A stretch of DNA of 32,000 nt from Sedimentisphaera cyanobacteriorum (GCF_001997385.1 NZ_CP019633.1:2550001-2582000), one strand, 5' to 3'. Counted from the stretch's first letter, positions 15,881 to 24,226 are shown. The notes: a model not told the origin generated them from the letters alone. Made by a program: numbers and translations.

Positions 15881-17170
15881 TTGGAAGAAATTGGATGGTT
15901 AGCCGTAATTACGGCAGTATCGGCGGTCGGGTCTTGTCTTTTTTCAGCCAGTTCTCTGTCGTTCAAGTCTTTTTCGAGAAGGAGGCTCCTGGAAACCTCC
16001 AAAAATAAGGATAAGGCTGAGGAGCTTGCGAGAAATGTTTCTGAAAATTCTGAAACTCTCAGTATGACATCGAGATTTTTTCAGCTTCTTTTTAATGCCG
16101 CTGCTATACTTACCATTGTCAGATTCTTTACCGTTGGCGAGAACAATTTCTTATCAGCTGCGGAGCTTTTTTATTGTTTTCTGATTTCGCTTGTAGTTGT
16201 CTGCACGTTTTCGATAGTAATTCCAAGACCGCTCTCGGTTTATGTGCCTGAGCATGTTATAAGGCTTATGTATGCACCTGTTTTCCTGCTTTCACAGATT
16301 ATAAAGCCGGTGATTTATATATTCCGGCTTAATGATATCGTGGTTATGCGTCTCTCAGGCGTTCAGAATTCTACCGAGGAAGAGCAGATAGAAGAAAAGC
16401 ACGACGAGATCCTCGATGTAGTTGAGAAGAGCGTGGACGAGGGAGTTGTGGACAATGAAGAGATGGCAATGATCGAGAATATCCTCGAGCTTGATGAAAC
16501 AAACGCCATCGAAATCATCACTCCCCGTACGGACCTTGTTGCGATAGAGGTGAGCACGAATTTTGAGGATGTAGTAAAGATAATCCGGGGGGCGGGGCAT
16601 TCCAGAGTCCCTGTGTATGAGAACAAGATTGATAATATCGTGGGGCTTATATACGCCAAAGACCTCTTGAGCGAATTCGATAAGAATACCGAGGATTTCA
16701 ACCTCAGAGAAAAGGTTCGTGAGGCGTATTTTGTACCCGAAACAATAACCCTCCGCGAGCTTCTGCACGAATTCCAGAAGAAAAAGCAGCACCTTGCGGT
16801 TGTGCTGGATGAGTATGGCGGCGTAGCGGGGATCGTTACGATAGAAGACGTGCTCGAGGAGCTCGTGGGCGAGATTGAGGATGAGTATGAACGAAAAGCG
16901 CCCGCCTCTATCAAGCCGGTAAACGAGAATCTCGTGGAGCTGGATGCCCAGATCTACGTGGATGATTTGAACCAGGATTTCGATATCGAGCTTCCCGAAG
17001 ATGAAGACTACGATACCGTAGGCGGATTTGTGTTCTCGCATCTTGGCTATATCCCCAAGCCCGGGGAAACCTTCACTTACCGCAACCTGCTTTTCACAGT
17101 GCTGGCAGCTGAAAAACGCAAAATCAAGCGGCTTCGAATCGAGAAGAAGGCCGAGGCTGAGGCGGTGTAG
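15881..17170 (+). CDS. CNNM/TlyC-CorC family protein (DUF21 membrane domain, CBS pair, CorC_HlyC domain)
   Basis: The gene starts with TTG, with AAGGA 7 nt upstream. It has N-terminal hydrophobic segments, a CBS-pair region (IITPRTDLVAIE...HSRVPVY...VVLDEYGGVAGIVTIEDVLEELVGEIEDE) and the C-terminal block TVGGFVFSHLGYIPKPGETF. Confidence 0.85.
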   Translation: MEEIGWLAVITAVSAVGSCLFSASSLSFKSFSRRRLLETSKNKDKAEELARNVSENSETLSMTSRFFQLLFNAAAILTIVRFFTVGENNFLSAAELFYCFLISLVVVCTFSIVIPRPLSVYVPEHVIRLMYAPVFLLSQIIKPVIYIFRLNDIVVMRLSGVQNSTEEEQIEEKHDEILDVVEKSVDEGVVDNEEMAMIENILELDETNAIEIITPRTDLVAIEVSTNFEDVVKIIRGAGHSRVPVYENKIDNIVGLIYAKDLLSEFDKNTEDFNLREKVREAYFVPETITLRELLHEFQKKKQHLAVVLDEYGGVAGIVTIEDVLEELVGEIEDEYERKAPASIKPVNENLVELDAQIYVDDLNQDFDIELPEDEDYDTVGGFVFSHLGYIPKPGETFTYRNLLFTVLAAEKRKIKRLRIEKKAEAEAV

Positions 17171-17175
17171 CAGTT

Positions 17176-17928
17176 ATGCCGGTAAAAGATACTGCTGTAT
17201 GCATCCGCAAGGTTGATTATTCCGACAGCTCGCTGATACTTACGCTTTTCGCAAGAGATAACGGAAAGCTCCGGCTGATCGCCAAAGGTGCGAGAAAGAC
17301 AAAAGGCCTAGCGGGTAATATAGAGATCTTCACATTAGGCGAGGCTGTCTTTATTCCGGCTAAATATGCAGAATCAAACCTCGGAACGCTTACAGACTTT
17401 GATATAACCGAAAAATTCCATAAGATACGCAAAAGCTGGGCGGGACTGAATTTTTCACTCTGCGCAGCAGACCTTCTGTCTTATTTTGTAAACGAATATC
17501 AGCCCAATCCTGAGCTTTATGACGGATTCATTGATTTCCTGAATGCTGTCTCAACTGCAGGCGAGCTCGCTGCTGCAAAAAAACTGATCCTCTTCCAGCT
17601 CGATATGCTTGAGCTTACCGGAAATTCGATCAATATATCGCTGTGCAGCGCATGCGGGAGGAATTTCGATTCAGGCTGGAAGGAAGCATTTTTTTCTGAA
17701 ACAGATGTTTCGCTGTACTGCCCGGACTGCAAAGACAAGGCCCGAGAGGCTTTTCCGCTCAAGCCTGCAGCTGTTTGGGCGATTCTCGAAAGAGATCCTA
17801 TCGGCAGCTCTGAGGACGGGGAGATGATATGGTATATCGAAAAGTTTATACTCAAATATATCACCTGCCATCTCGGGAAGATGCCCAAAACCGTGCAGAG
17901 CCTGAAAAGACATTTCGAAAAGCTCTGA
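17176..17928 (+). CDS. recO: DNA repair protein RecO
   Basis: 250 aa. The N-terminal OB-fold region is AVCIRKVDYSDSSLILTLFARDNGKLRLIAKGARK. A CxxC...CxxC zinc motif is present (CSACG ... CPDC). Confidence 0.8.
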   Translation: MPVKDTAVCIRKVDYSDSSLILTLFARDNGKLRLIAKGARKTKGLAGNIEIFTLGEAVFIPAKYAESNLGTLTDFDITEKFHKIRKSWAGLNFSLCAADLLSYFVNEYQPNPELYDGFIDFLNAVSTAGELAAAKKLILFQLDMLELTGNSINISLCSACGRNFDSGWKEAFFSETDVSLYCPDCKDKAREAFPLKPAAVWAILERDPIGSSEDGEMIWYIEKFILKYITCHLGKMPKTVQSLKRHFEKL

Positions 17929-18073
17929 ACCCTCGCCCTTTCTCAGCAGCATACGGCAGCTAAAATCAGCGGCAAAACCATTTCGGCGTGTGAATTGCTT
18001 ACCCAATAGATATAAACCTTAAACCCCTGCCCTGATGCCGGCGAGTGTTGATTGAAAGAATTTTTCCGAAAGA

Positions 18074-19273
18074 CTAATCAAGTCCCTCTATGTTTTCAGT
18101 GCCGAGGGGCTGATATTTCGCCCTGTATTCTTTTGGGGTGAGGCCTGTGTAATCTTTGAAATACTTTGAAATATGGTTCGAATCCGGGAAGTTGAGCCTG
18201 TATGCGATATCGGTAACCGGCAGGGTAGTTTCCAGAAGCAGTGAGGAAATCGCCTTCACTCTCGCCCTTTTTATGCATTTGTGTACAGACTTTCCCAGCG
18301 AGTTCATAAATTTTCTATGCAGATACTGCCTTGAACAGCAGGAAAAATCGCAAACCTCCTGCACCAGAATGGAGCGGTCTGAATTGAGCCTTATAAATCT
18401 AAGCGCAGCTGCCACTTCCCTGTCTTCCACTGCCACAAAATCCGAAGACTGTCGAATTATCACTTCTCTCGGTTTTACTCGAATCAACTTGGGCGGAATA
18501 TTTTTGGTTTCCGTGATCTTATCTATCAGCTCAGCGGCTTCATAGCCAGCGCTGTCGGTATCAAGGTCTATGCTTGAAAGCGTAGGCGAAGTGAAATCGC
18601 AGATGAGGTCGTCATTGTCCACTGCTACTGCAGATATGTCGTCCGGTACATTCAAGTTGGCTTTTTTGCATGCATTTATTAAATCTGCACCGCAGTTATC
18701 GTTGCAGGCCATTATGCCTGTAGGTATTGGCAGAGTTTTAAGCCAAGCGGCAATTTCTTCCAGTCCTTCGGAGGTGATGCCGGTGCTTTTGGGCATATTA
18801 TAAGAGAAGAATTTCAAAGGCAGCTTATCAGCAGGCAGATTTTTCTCGAAGCAATCTCGCCTTTCATCAGCCCAAACAACATCTTTGTAGCCGATATACG
18901 CAAAGTTTATATTGCCCATTGTGCGAAGGTGTTCGTAAGCGGCTTTGCTAACCGTAACAGGGTCTGTGGTAATTGTGTATTTATCTTCGATCTGTGAATT
19001 GTAAACATACGAATGAACTATGGGTTTATTCAGCCCTTTCACCTTATCCAAACACGTAAGCTCTACCATGATGATGCCTTGTGCCTCGTTTGCGGCCTCT
19101 ATAACACATTCTTCAAACTGTCGGGTATTCAGGTAGAGCGAGTTTTCAGAGTCGATTGTTGTAAACTCCAGATAATCCTTCGTTTTCCCATACTGTATAA
19201 TACCCCTCAAGAGCTCTCGTCCGTTGCTCTTTGTTCTGTTGATAACTAAGAGTATTTTCTTTTTCTTACGCAT
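18074..19273 (-). CDS. XylR-like transcriptional regulator (sugar-binding PBP/LacI-like domain fused to AraC-type HTH)
   Basis: 399 aa. The C-terminus carries an AraC signature, LPVTDIAYRLNFPDSNHISKYFKDYTGLTPKEYR. The N-terminal 270 aa or so resemble a periplasmic-binding-protein fold (GIMACNDNCGADLINACK). Confidence 0.8.
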   Translation of the reverse strand: MRKKKKILLVINRTKSNGRELLRGIIQYGKTKDYLEFTTIDSENSLYLNTRQFEECVIEAANEAQGIIMVELTCLDKVKGLNKPIVHSYVYNSQIEDKYTITTDPVTVSKAAYEHLRTMGNINFAYIGYKDVVWADERRDCFEKNLPADKLPLKFFSYNMPKSTGITSEGLEEIAAWLKTLPIPTGIMACNDNCGADLINACKKANLNVPDDISAVAVDNDDLICDFTSPTLSSIDLDTDSAGYEAAELIDKITETKNIPPKLIRVKPREVIIRQSSDFVAVEDREVAAALRFIRLNSDRSILVQEVCDFSCCSRQYLHRKFMNSLGKSVHKCIKRARVKAISSLLLETTLPVTDIAYRLNFPDSNHISKYFKDYTGLTPKEYRAKYQPLGTENIEGLD

Positions 19274-19469
19274 AAAGCATCCTGCCGGCTGAAAAATTAC
19301 AAATAAATCCCTTAATTCTAAACGAATTATAACCTTTCGTCCGCTGTTTACAAACTTCAGAGTCAGCGATGGGAGGCAAGTTTCGGGGATATTGCGTAAA
19401 GAGCTGTTTAGCGGCCATCATGGAGGGGATTCGAATTTTCTTGTTTTTTTATTCTTAGATGAAAATTAT

Positions 19470-19497
19470 TTGAAAATAGATGCTTGCTTGTTACAAT
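19470..19497 (+). promoter_or_regulatory. sigma-70-type promoter of the abiE cassette, overlapped by TGAAAAT direct repeats
   Basis: TTGAAA (19470-19475), a 16-bp spacer and TACAAT (19492-19497). TGAAAAT occurs at 19460-19466 and 19471-19477, 11 bp apart. Confidence 0.55.
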
Positions 19498-19544
19498 ATG
19501 ATGACAGATATTTATAAGTGTCACTGAATTGTAGTGCTGCGAAA

Positions 19545-20147
19545 ATGAACGACAAAGAAAAAATACTGAAATATGCTGCTAAAAAAGGGGCAATCAGTCC
19601 CAGAGAAATCGAGAGTGTGGGTATTTCACGGCAAAAGCTCTATAGACTTTATCGTGAAGGCAAACTGGTTCGAGTAGACCGTGGTACATATTCTATTCGG
19701 AATGTTGAGCCGACCGAATGGCATACTTACGTTACTGTAGCAGTGGCTTTCCCTAAATCTGTAATATGTCTGCTTTCCGCACTTCAATTTCATAACCTTA
19801 CAACACAGAATCCCCATAACGTTTGGATTGCTCTTGACCGAGAAGCGGACAGAAGGAATCCGAAACGCAGTCGCCAGCCGGTTTCGATTGTTCGATTTTC
19901 AGGAGATTCTTTTTCACAGGGTATTGAAACTCACAGTATCGAAGGGGTTCACGTTCAAATATACAGTGCAGCGAAAACCGTGGCAGACTGCTTTAAGTAT
20001 CGCAACAAGATAGGGCTGGAAATAGCAATAGAAGCAATGACTGATTGTATTCGTAAGAAAAAAGCTACGCGAGATCGAATCTGGCAGTTCGCCAAAATAT
20101 GCAGAGTATCAAAAGTCATCAGACCTTACATGGAGGCAATAACGTGA
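19545..20147 (+). CDS. abiEi: type IV toxin-antitoxin/abortive-infection antitoxin, AbiEi family
   Basis: I chose ATG 19545. The N-terminal wHTH, KGAISPREIESVGISRQKLYRLYREGKLVRVDRGTYS, is characteristic of AbiEi. The stop overlaps the next gene's GTG (GTGA). Confidence 0.75.
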   Translation: MNDKEKILKYAAKKGAISPREIESVGISRQKLYRLYREGKLVRVDRGTYSIRNVEPTEWHTYVTVAVAFPKSVICLLSALQFHNLTTQNPHNVWIALDREADRRNPKRSRQPVSIVRFSGDSFSQGIETHSIEGVHVQIYSAAKTVADCFKYRNKIGLEIAIEAMTDCIRKKKATRDRIWQFAKICRVSKVIRPYMEAIT

Positions 20148-21049
20148 CATCCAGAAAAGCTCAGTCCATTCGACAACAACTTCTTAATATCACCAATGAA
20201 AGATCTGTCGATTATAACCTCACTCTAATCTGGTATGCCCTGGAACGGCTGCTCTATAGACTTAGCAGGTCTAAGTATTCAAGTCGTTTCATTCTTAAGG
20301 GTGCTATGCTTTTTACTGTTTGGTCAGGGAGATCATTCAGACCAACAAAAGATATTGATTTTTTAGGTTTTGGCAAATCTTCAGCGCAAGATCTCAAGAA
20401 TCTATTTACTGAGATTATTCAAATAAATGACGACTTGAATGACGGCCTTGTGTTTTTAAGTGAAAGCCTTAGTGTACAGCCTATTCGTGAAGAGCAGGAA
20501 TACGGAGGACAGCGAATTACCCTGAATGCCTTGCTTGGAAATGCCCGTATTCGTTTGCAAATTGATATTGGCTTCGGAGATGCCATAACGCCTGTACCGG
20601 AAAAGATTCAGTTTCCCACTCTGTTAGAGATGCCTGCACCAGAAATTCTAATTTATAATAGAGAGACGGTAATTGCAGAAAAATTTCATGCCATAAATGT
20701 ACTGGGGCTTGCAAGTAGCAGAATGAAAGACTACTACGATCTGTGGATACTATCGAAGCAATATGAGTTCGACGGAAATCTTCTGGCAAAAGCTATCCAG
20801 ACAACTTTTGAGAGGCGAAAGACATCGTTGCCAGAAAAAATGCCGCTTGGGCTAACAGATGAATTTTACAAGGATGAAATTATTCTTACACGATGGAATG
20901 CTTTTGTTAGAAAAACAGAATTGGGCATAGTCGAGAAAAGATTGGAAGCAGTCGTTGAAAGATTACAGCTATTTTTCGATGATGTAATCAGGGCGTTAGC
21001 GACAAGCGAAAATTTTGACAAAAAATGGGACAAAAATCAATGGAAATAA
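20144..21049 (+). CDS. abiEii: nucleotidyltransferase toxin, AbiEii/AbiGii family
   Basis: GTG 20144 overlaps the abiEi stop by 4 nt. Motifs FILKGAMLF and PTKDIDFLG (the NTase G[GS]...DxD region) are present, and the size of about 300 aa fits the family. Confidence 0.8.
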   Translation: MTSRKAQSIRQQLLNITNERSVDYNLTLIWYALERLLYRLSRSKYSSRFILKGAMLFTVWSGRSFRPTKDIDFLGFGKSSAQDLKNLFTEIIQINDDLNDGLVFLSESLSVQPIREEQEYGGQRITLNALLGNARIRLQIDIGFGDAITPVPEKIQFPTLLEMPAPEILIYNRETVIAEKFHAINVLGLASSRMKDYYDLWILSKQYEFDGNLLAKAIQTTFERRKTSLPEKMPLGLTDEFYKDEIILTRWNAFVRKTELGIVEKRLEAVVERLQLFFDDVIRALATSENFDKKWDKNQWK

Positions 21050-21627
21050 AGAATCCCTATCCTAAAGAAGTTTCATACTATCTCGATAAATGGGACACCC
21101 TTGAAAACTACGTGTTACAGGAAAGCAGCCTTAGAAAGTTATTCACACAAACATATCCACTGAACATTGAAATGGATGATGTTTTGATAAAAGTCTGCTC
21201 ATTAAATGATTTTTACAGCACTAACATTTTTTCCCCTTTCAACGTAGCGAAACATATTGTTGGATTACAAATAGATCAGCGGCTTGCTGATAGAGACTTC
21301 AACCTTGTAAATGATATTGCTACTGTAAAAGTAAATGACCATAAAACCATCAATTTCTACTCCTTCGCTACCAAATATTGCAGCCATCACTTGCCTGAAG
21401 ATTACCCCATATATGACAGCTTTGTGGAAAAAATGCTCATGTATTTCAAAGGAAAGGACAAGTTTTTCAGGTTCAAGGCAAATGACCTCAAGCACTATCC
21501 AACTTATCGAAAAGTTTTAATGCAATTTAGAAAATTTTATGAACTTGGAGATTTTACACTAAAACAAATTGATAAGTATCTGTGGCAAGCAGGGAAGGCC
21601 TATTTCCCCAAAAAATACGGGGCCTGA
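21040..21627 (+). CDS. uncharacterised protein (about 195 aa) translationally coupled to abiEii; possible OGG-fold/HhH-like motif
   Basis: ATG 21040 lies 10 nt inside the end of abiEii; the alternative ATG 21025 gives a 25-nt overlap. There is no TM segment or signal peptide. The motifs YSFATKYCSHHLPEDYPIYDSFV and IDKYLWQAGK resemble what I recall for proteins annotated as 8-oxoguanine DNA glycosylase OGG-fold. This is unverified. Confidence 0.6.
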   Translation: MEIKNPYPKEVSYYLDKWDTLENYVLQESSLRKLFTQTYPLNIEMDDVLIKVCSLNDFYSTNIFSPFNVAKHIVGLQIDQRLADRDFNLVNDIATVKVNDHKTINFYSFATKYCSHHLPEDYPIYDSFVEKMLMYFKGKDKFFRFKANDLKHYPTYRKVLMQFRKFYELGDFTLKQIDKYLWQAGKAYFPKKYGA

Positions 21628-21644
21628 TTTTGAAAGGTAAATTC

Positions 21645-22142
21645 ATGTTCGCATTACACTGCACAAAAAAGGCACAGGATCGCCTGAAGGTTAAACCGGT
21701 TAGTGCCTTGCCCGAGCCAACCACCCGATTGGGGAATTGGTATTGTAATGAATTTACCACATCCAGGCGAAAATACCTGATCTTCGTCAATGTACGCACA
21801 TTGCTGCCAATTGTGGTTTCAGTTAAAGGATTGAAAACAAGCAGGGATATTCTTGAACTTTTCAAGCAACGGTTGTTCAAAGCATTTCTTCTTCTACAAT
21901 TGCCGGAAGAAAAATTTATGCCAGAGCTTGTGGAGATGGATGAAGCGGTCTTCGCAAAAACGTCTAACCGAAGCATTGTTGGTTCAATGAACGATATTAT
22001 AGCACAGGCCAAATTCTCATCTGATTACCATGAAATTGATGTGGATAGTCCGGCGATGTTTGAGAGCCTTTCGCAAATACCGTTAAAAGCCAATGGCTAC
22101 AAGCGTTCAACCGAGTTGGTGGCTGAATTGCTACGACCTTAA
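21645..22142 (+). CDS. uncharacterised protein (165 aa), resembles a widespread family of about 160 aa (possibly Pfam DUF6933, unverified)
   Basis: ATG 21645 has AAAGG 6 nt upstream and lies 17 nt after the previous stop. The N-terminal pattern is MFALHCTKKAQDRLKVKP...LGNWYCNEFTTSRRKYLIFVNVRTLLPIVV. Confidence 0.6.
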   Translation: MFALHCTKKAQDRLKVKPVSALPEPTTRLGNWYCNEFTTSRRKYLIFVNVRTLLPIVVSVKGLKTSRDILELFKQRLFKAFLLLQLPEEKFMPELVEMDEAVFAKTSNRSIVGSMNDIIAQAKFSSDYHEIDVDSPAMFESLSQIPLKANGYKRSTELVAELLRP

Positions 22143-22148
22143 AGAGCT

Positions 22149-22339
22149 TCACCGGCATGACTCTTTTCCTGCCTGATAGGCTTTTTCGAGGGCTTCTTTG
22201 ATGCTCCAGACGGCGTGTTCATGGAAATCGTGGGTATCCCAGTTGCGGGTTTCAAGCGTTTCAAGGAAAAGCACTTCCTTGGCTATTTGCAGTAAGGTCT
22301 CGTCGCGTTTTTTATCAGCTTTTGCATTTGCTTTTTCAT
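22149..22339 (-). pseudogene. small (about 63-codon) gene, apparently frameshifted at an A6 run
   Basis: ATG 22339-22337 has GAAAGG upstream and opens MKKQMQKLIK, then hits a stop. The -1 frame is open from 22340 to the TGA at 22151-22149. It encodes ...KRDETLLQIAKEVLFLETLETRNWDTHDFHEHAVWSIKEALEKAYQAGKESCR. One extra A in the run at 22308-22313 would fuse the two frames. Confidence 0.5.
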
Positions 22340-22376
22340 CTTAAAACCTTTCTATTCAATGGTTTACGTTTACTTT

Positions 22377-23910
22377 AGTCGCCCCTGAAAAAGTTTAAAA
22401 TTTTCCTTAAATTCTTTCCTGATAATGGTTTATATGATTGAAAAGCTTTCGAGATATGGTATAATATTGCAAGTGTTTATCTTACATCTATCAAAACATT
22501 GCAATATTGGGACAAAATAATGAAGGCAAAAAACAATAAAGCAGGCTTACTCTTTCAGCAGCCATTAAAACCTCTTGTAAATCCTGATCACTCTTTAGTC
22601 CAACTCTCAGAGGTTGTCAACTGGTCTCGCTTTGAAGAAAAGTTTGGCAGTTTATACAGTCCTGATTCAGGCAGGCCGGCCAAGCCGATTCGCCTGATGG
22701 TCGGCCTTCAGTATCTCAAGTACACTTTCAATCTCAGCGATGAAGCAATCGTTGCCGGCTGGGTTGAGAATCCTTACTGGCAGTATTTCTGCGGCGAAAG
22801 ATACTTCCAGCACGAGCCTCCTATTGATCCAACCAGTATGACTAAGTGGCGTAATAAGGTAAAATCTGATGGTCTTGAAGAGCTGCTCGAAGAAACTATC
22901 AAAGCCGGCTTGAAGCTTAAGGTTATCAAAAAGAACGATTTCAACAAGCTCGTTGCAGATACAACCGTTCAGCAGAAGAACATCACTTATCCGACCGACG
23001 CAAAACTCTGCCACAAACTGCGCATTAAGCTTGTAGATCTTGCAAAAGCATCAAAACTCCAACTTCGCCAAAGCTACGAAAGGGTTGGGAAAAGGGCGTA
23101 TGTAATGCAGGGCAGGTATCGACGTGCAAGACAGTTCAAAAGAGCTAAAAAAGAAGTGAAGAAATTAAGGAACTACCTGCGGCGAATTACGAAAGAGGTC
23201 GAGCGGAATATAGCAGGCAATGAGCAGTTAAGAATAATTTTTGATACATTGCTTCAAGCCGCTAAGAAGCTTTTAGCCCAGACAAAGAAAAGCAAAAATA
23301 AACTCTACAGTATTCACGAACCTCACGTCTGCTGCATTGGGAAAGGCAAAAGCCACAAGAAATATGAGTTTGGAAATAAGGTTGGAATTGTAACTACTGC
23401 CAAGAATAATTTTATCGTAGGAGCGTTGGGCTTTGAAGGAAACCCTTATGATGGCCATACTCTTCGGGCTAATCTGAAGCAGACAATGAATTTAATCGGG
23501 AGAGAAAAGCTTGGAGATGTTTATGTTGATGGAGGATACAAGAAACACGGCTGCGAGGATATTGGAAATGTTGAAATTGTAGAAAAGGGCTGGCGAAAAA
23601 AGAAACGAAGTATCAAGAGGTGGATTAAGAGAAGATCGAGCATAGAACCAACGATAGGCCACCTCAAAGAAGACAACAGGTTGGGAAGAAACTTCTTGAA
23701 AGGTGTAGAAGGGGACAAAATGAACGCCCTCGGCAGCGCTTTTGGGTACAATATGCGTAAACTTCTAAAGAAGTTTACTTTTGCCTATATTTTTATGCTT
23801 AAAATTATTGAATTTTACAGAAATTTGGCAATGAAAAGCAAATTAAAGACTCGATTAGCCTGATATATTTTTTTAGTTTCCCCAAAATCATTGATTTTTC
23901 AGGAACGACT
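22377..23910 (+). mobile_element. intact IS5-family insertion sequence (1534 bp) with a 5-bp target-site duplication
   Basis: The terminal inverted repeats are AGTCGCCCCTGAAAAA (22377-) and the reverse complement AGTCGTTCCTGAAAAA (-23910), matching at 14 of 16 positions. ACTTT occurs at 22372-22376 and again at 23911-23915. Confidence 0.85.
22520..23863 (+). CDS. IS5-family DDE transposase
   Basis: The N-terminal block is GRPAKPIRLMVGLQYLKYTFNLSDEAIVAGWVENPYWQYFCG. DDE-region motifs are LVADTTVQQKNITYPTD, VYVDGGY and IEPTIGHLKEDNRLGRNFLKG. I preferred ATG 22520 over the TTG at 22499. Confidence 0.9.
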   Translation: MKAKNNKAGLLFQQPLKPLVNPDHSLVQLSEVVNWSRFEEKFGSLYSPDSGRPAKPIRLMVGLQYLKYTFNLSDEAIVAGWVENPYWQYFCGERYFQHEPPIDPTSMTKWRNKVKSDGLEELLEETIKAGLKLKVIKKNDFNKLVADTTVQQKNITYPTDAKLCHKLRIKLVDLAKASKLQLRQSYERVGKRAYVMQGRYRRARQFKRAKKEVKKLRNYLRRITKEVERNIAGNEQLRIIFDTLLQAAKKLLAQTKKSKNKLYSIHEPHVCCIGKGKSHKKYEFGNKVGIVTTAKNNFIVGALGFEGNPYDGHTLRANLKQTMNLIGREKLGDVYVDGGYKKHGCEDIGNVEIVEKGWRKKKRSIKRWIKRRSSIEPTIGHLKEDNRLGRNFLKGVEGDKMNALGSAFGYNMRKLLKKFTFAYIFMLKIIEFYRNLAMKSKLKTRLA

Positions 23911-24226
23911 ACTTTATAACCCCATTAAGCCATTGATTCGGGCAGTCATCAAGTCAATTAAGCTGTTTAATTGCAATAACTTAGCTTATTTTATGGATTG
24001 CCTGCTGGTTTGGTGGCGAATCTGGCGTTATCAGTGACCACGGGCAGTAAACCTCGGATACCGGGCCGATCTCGCTACCATCGGGACGAATGGCGGCGCC
24101 GGCGGCGGACAGGCGGATTTTAGCGCTGCTCGGTTTGAATATAAGCCTTGTTCTGTAAATAATCTTTGGGTGCTGTGAGTTTTAGTTCAGGCGAGGGGTT
24201 TAGGATAATAGAAAGGAGCGTTTTGA

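Noticed and set aside
19402-19410. AGCTGTTTA on the left of the island, also found at 23961-23969 on the right. I considered these as att-like direct repeats.
   Set aside because: It is only a 9-bp exact match between two AT-rich regions of about 250 bp, so chance expectation is not negligible. No integrase gene is present to give it meaning.
19422-19436. GGAGGGGATTCGAAT, resembling a tRNA T-arm and T-loop at the left edge of the AT-rich island (a possible tRNA-derived att site).
   Set aside because: The 3' side of the T-stem is not complementary (TTTCT). There is no acceptor stem or CCA context, and the upstream 55 nt do not fold into D or anticodon arms.
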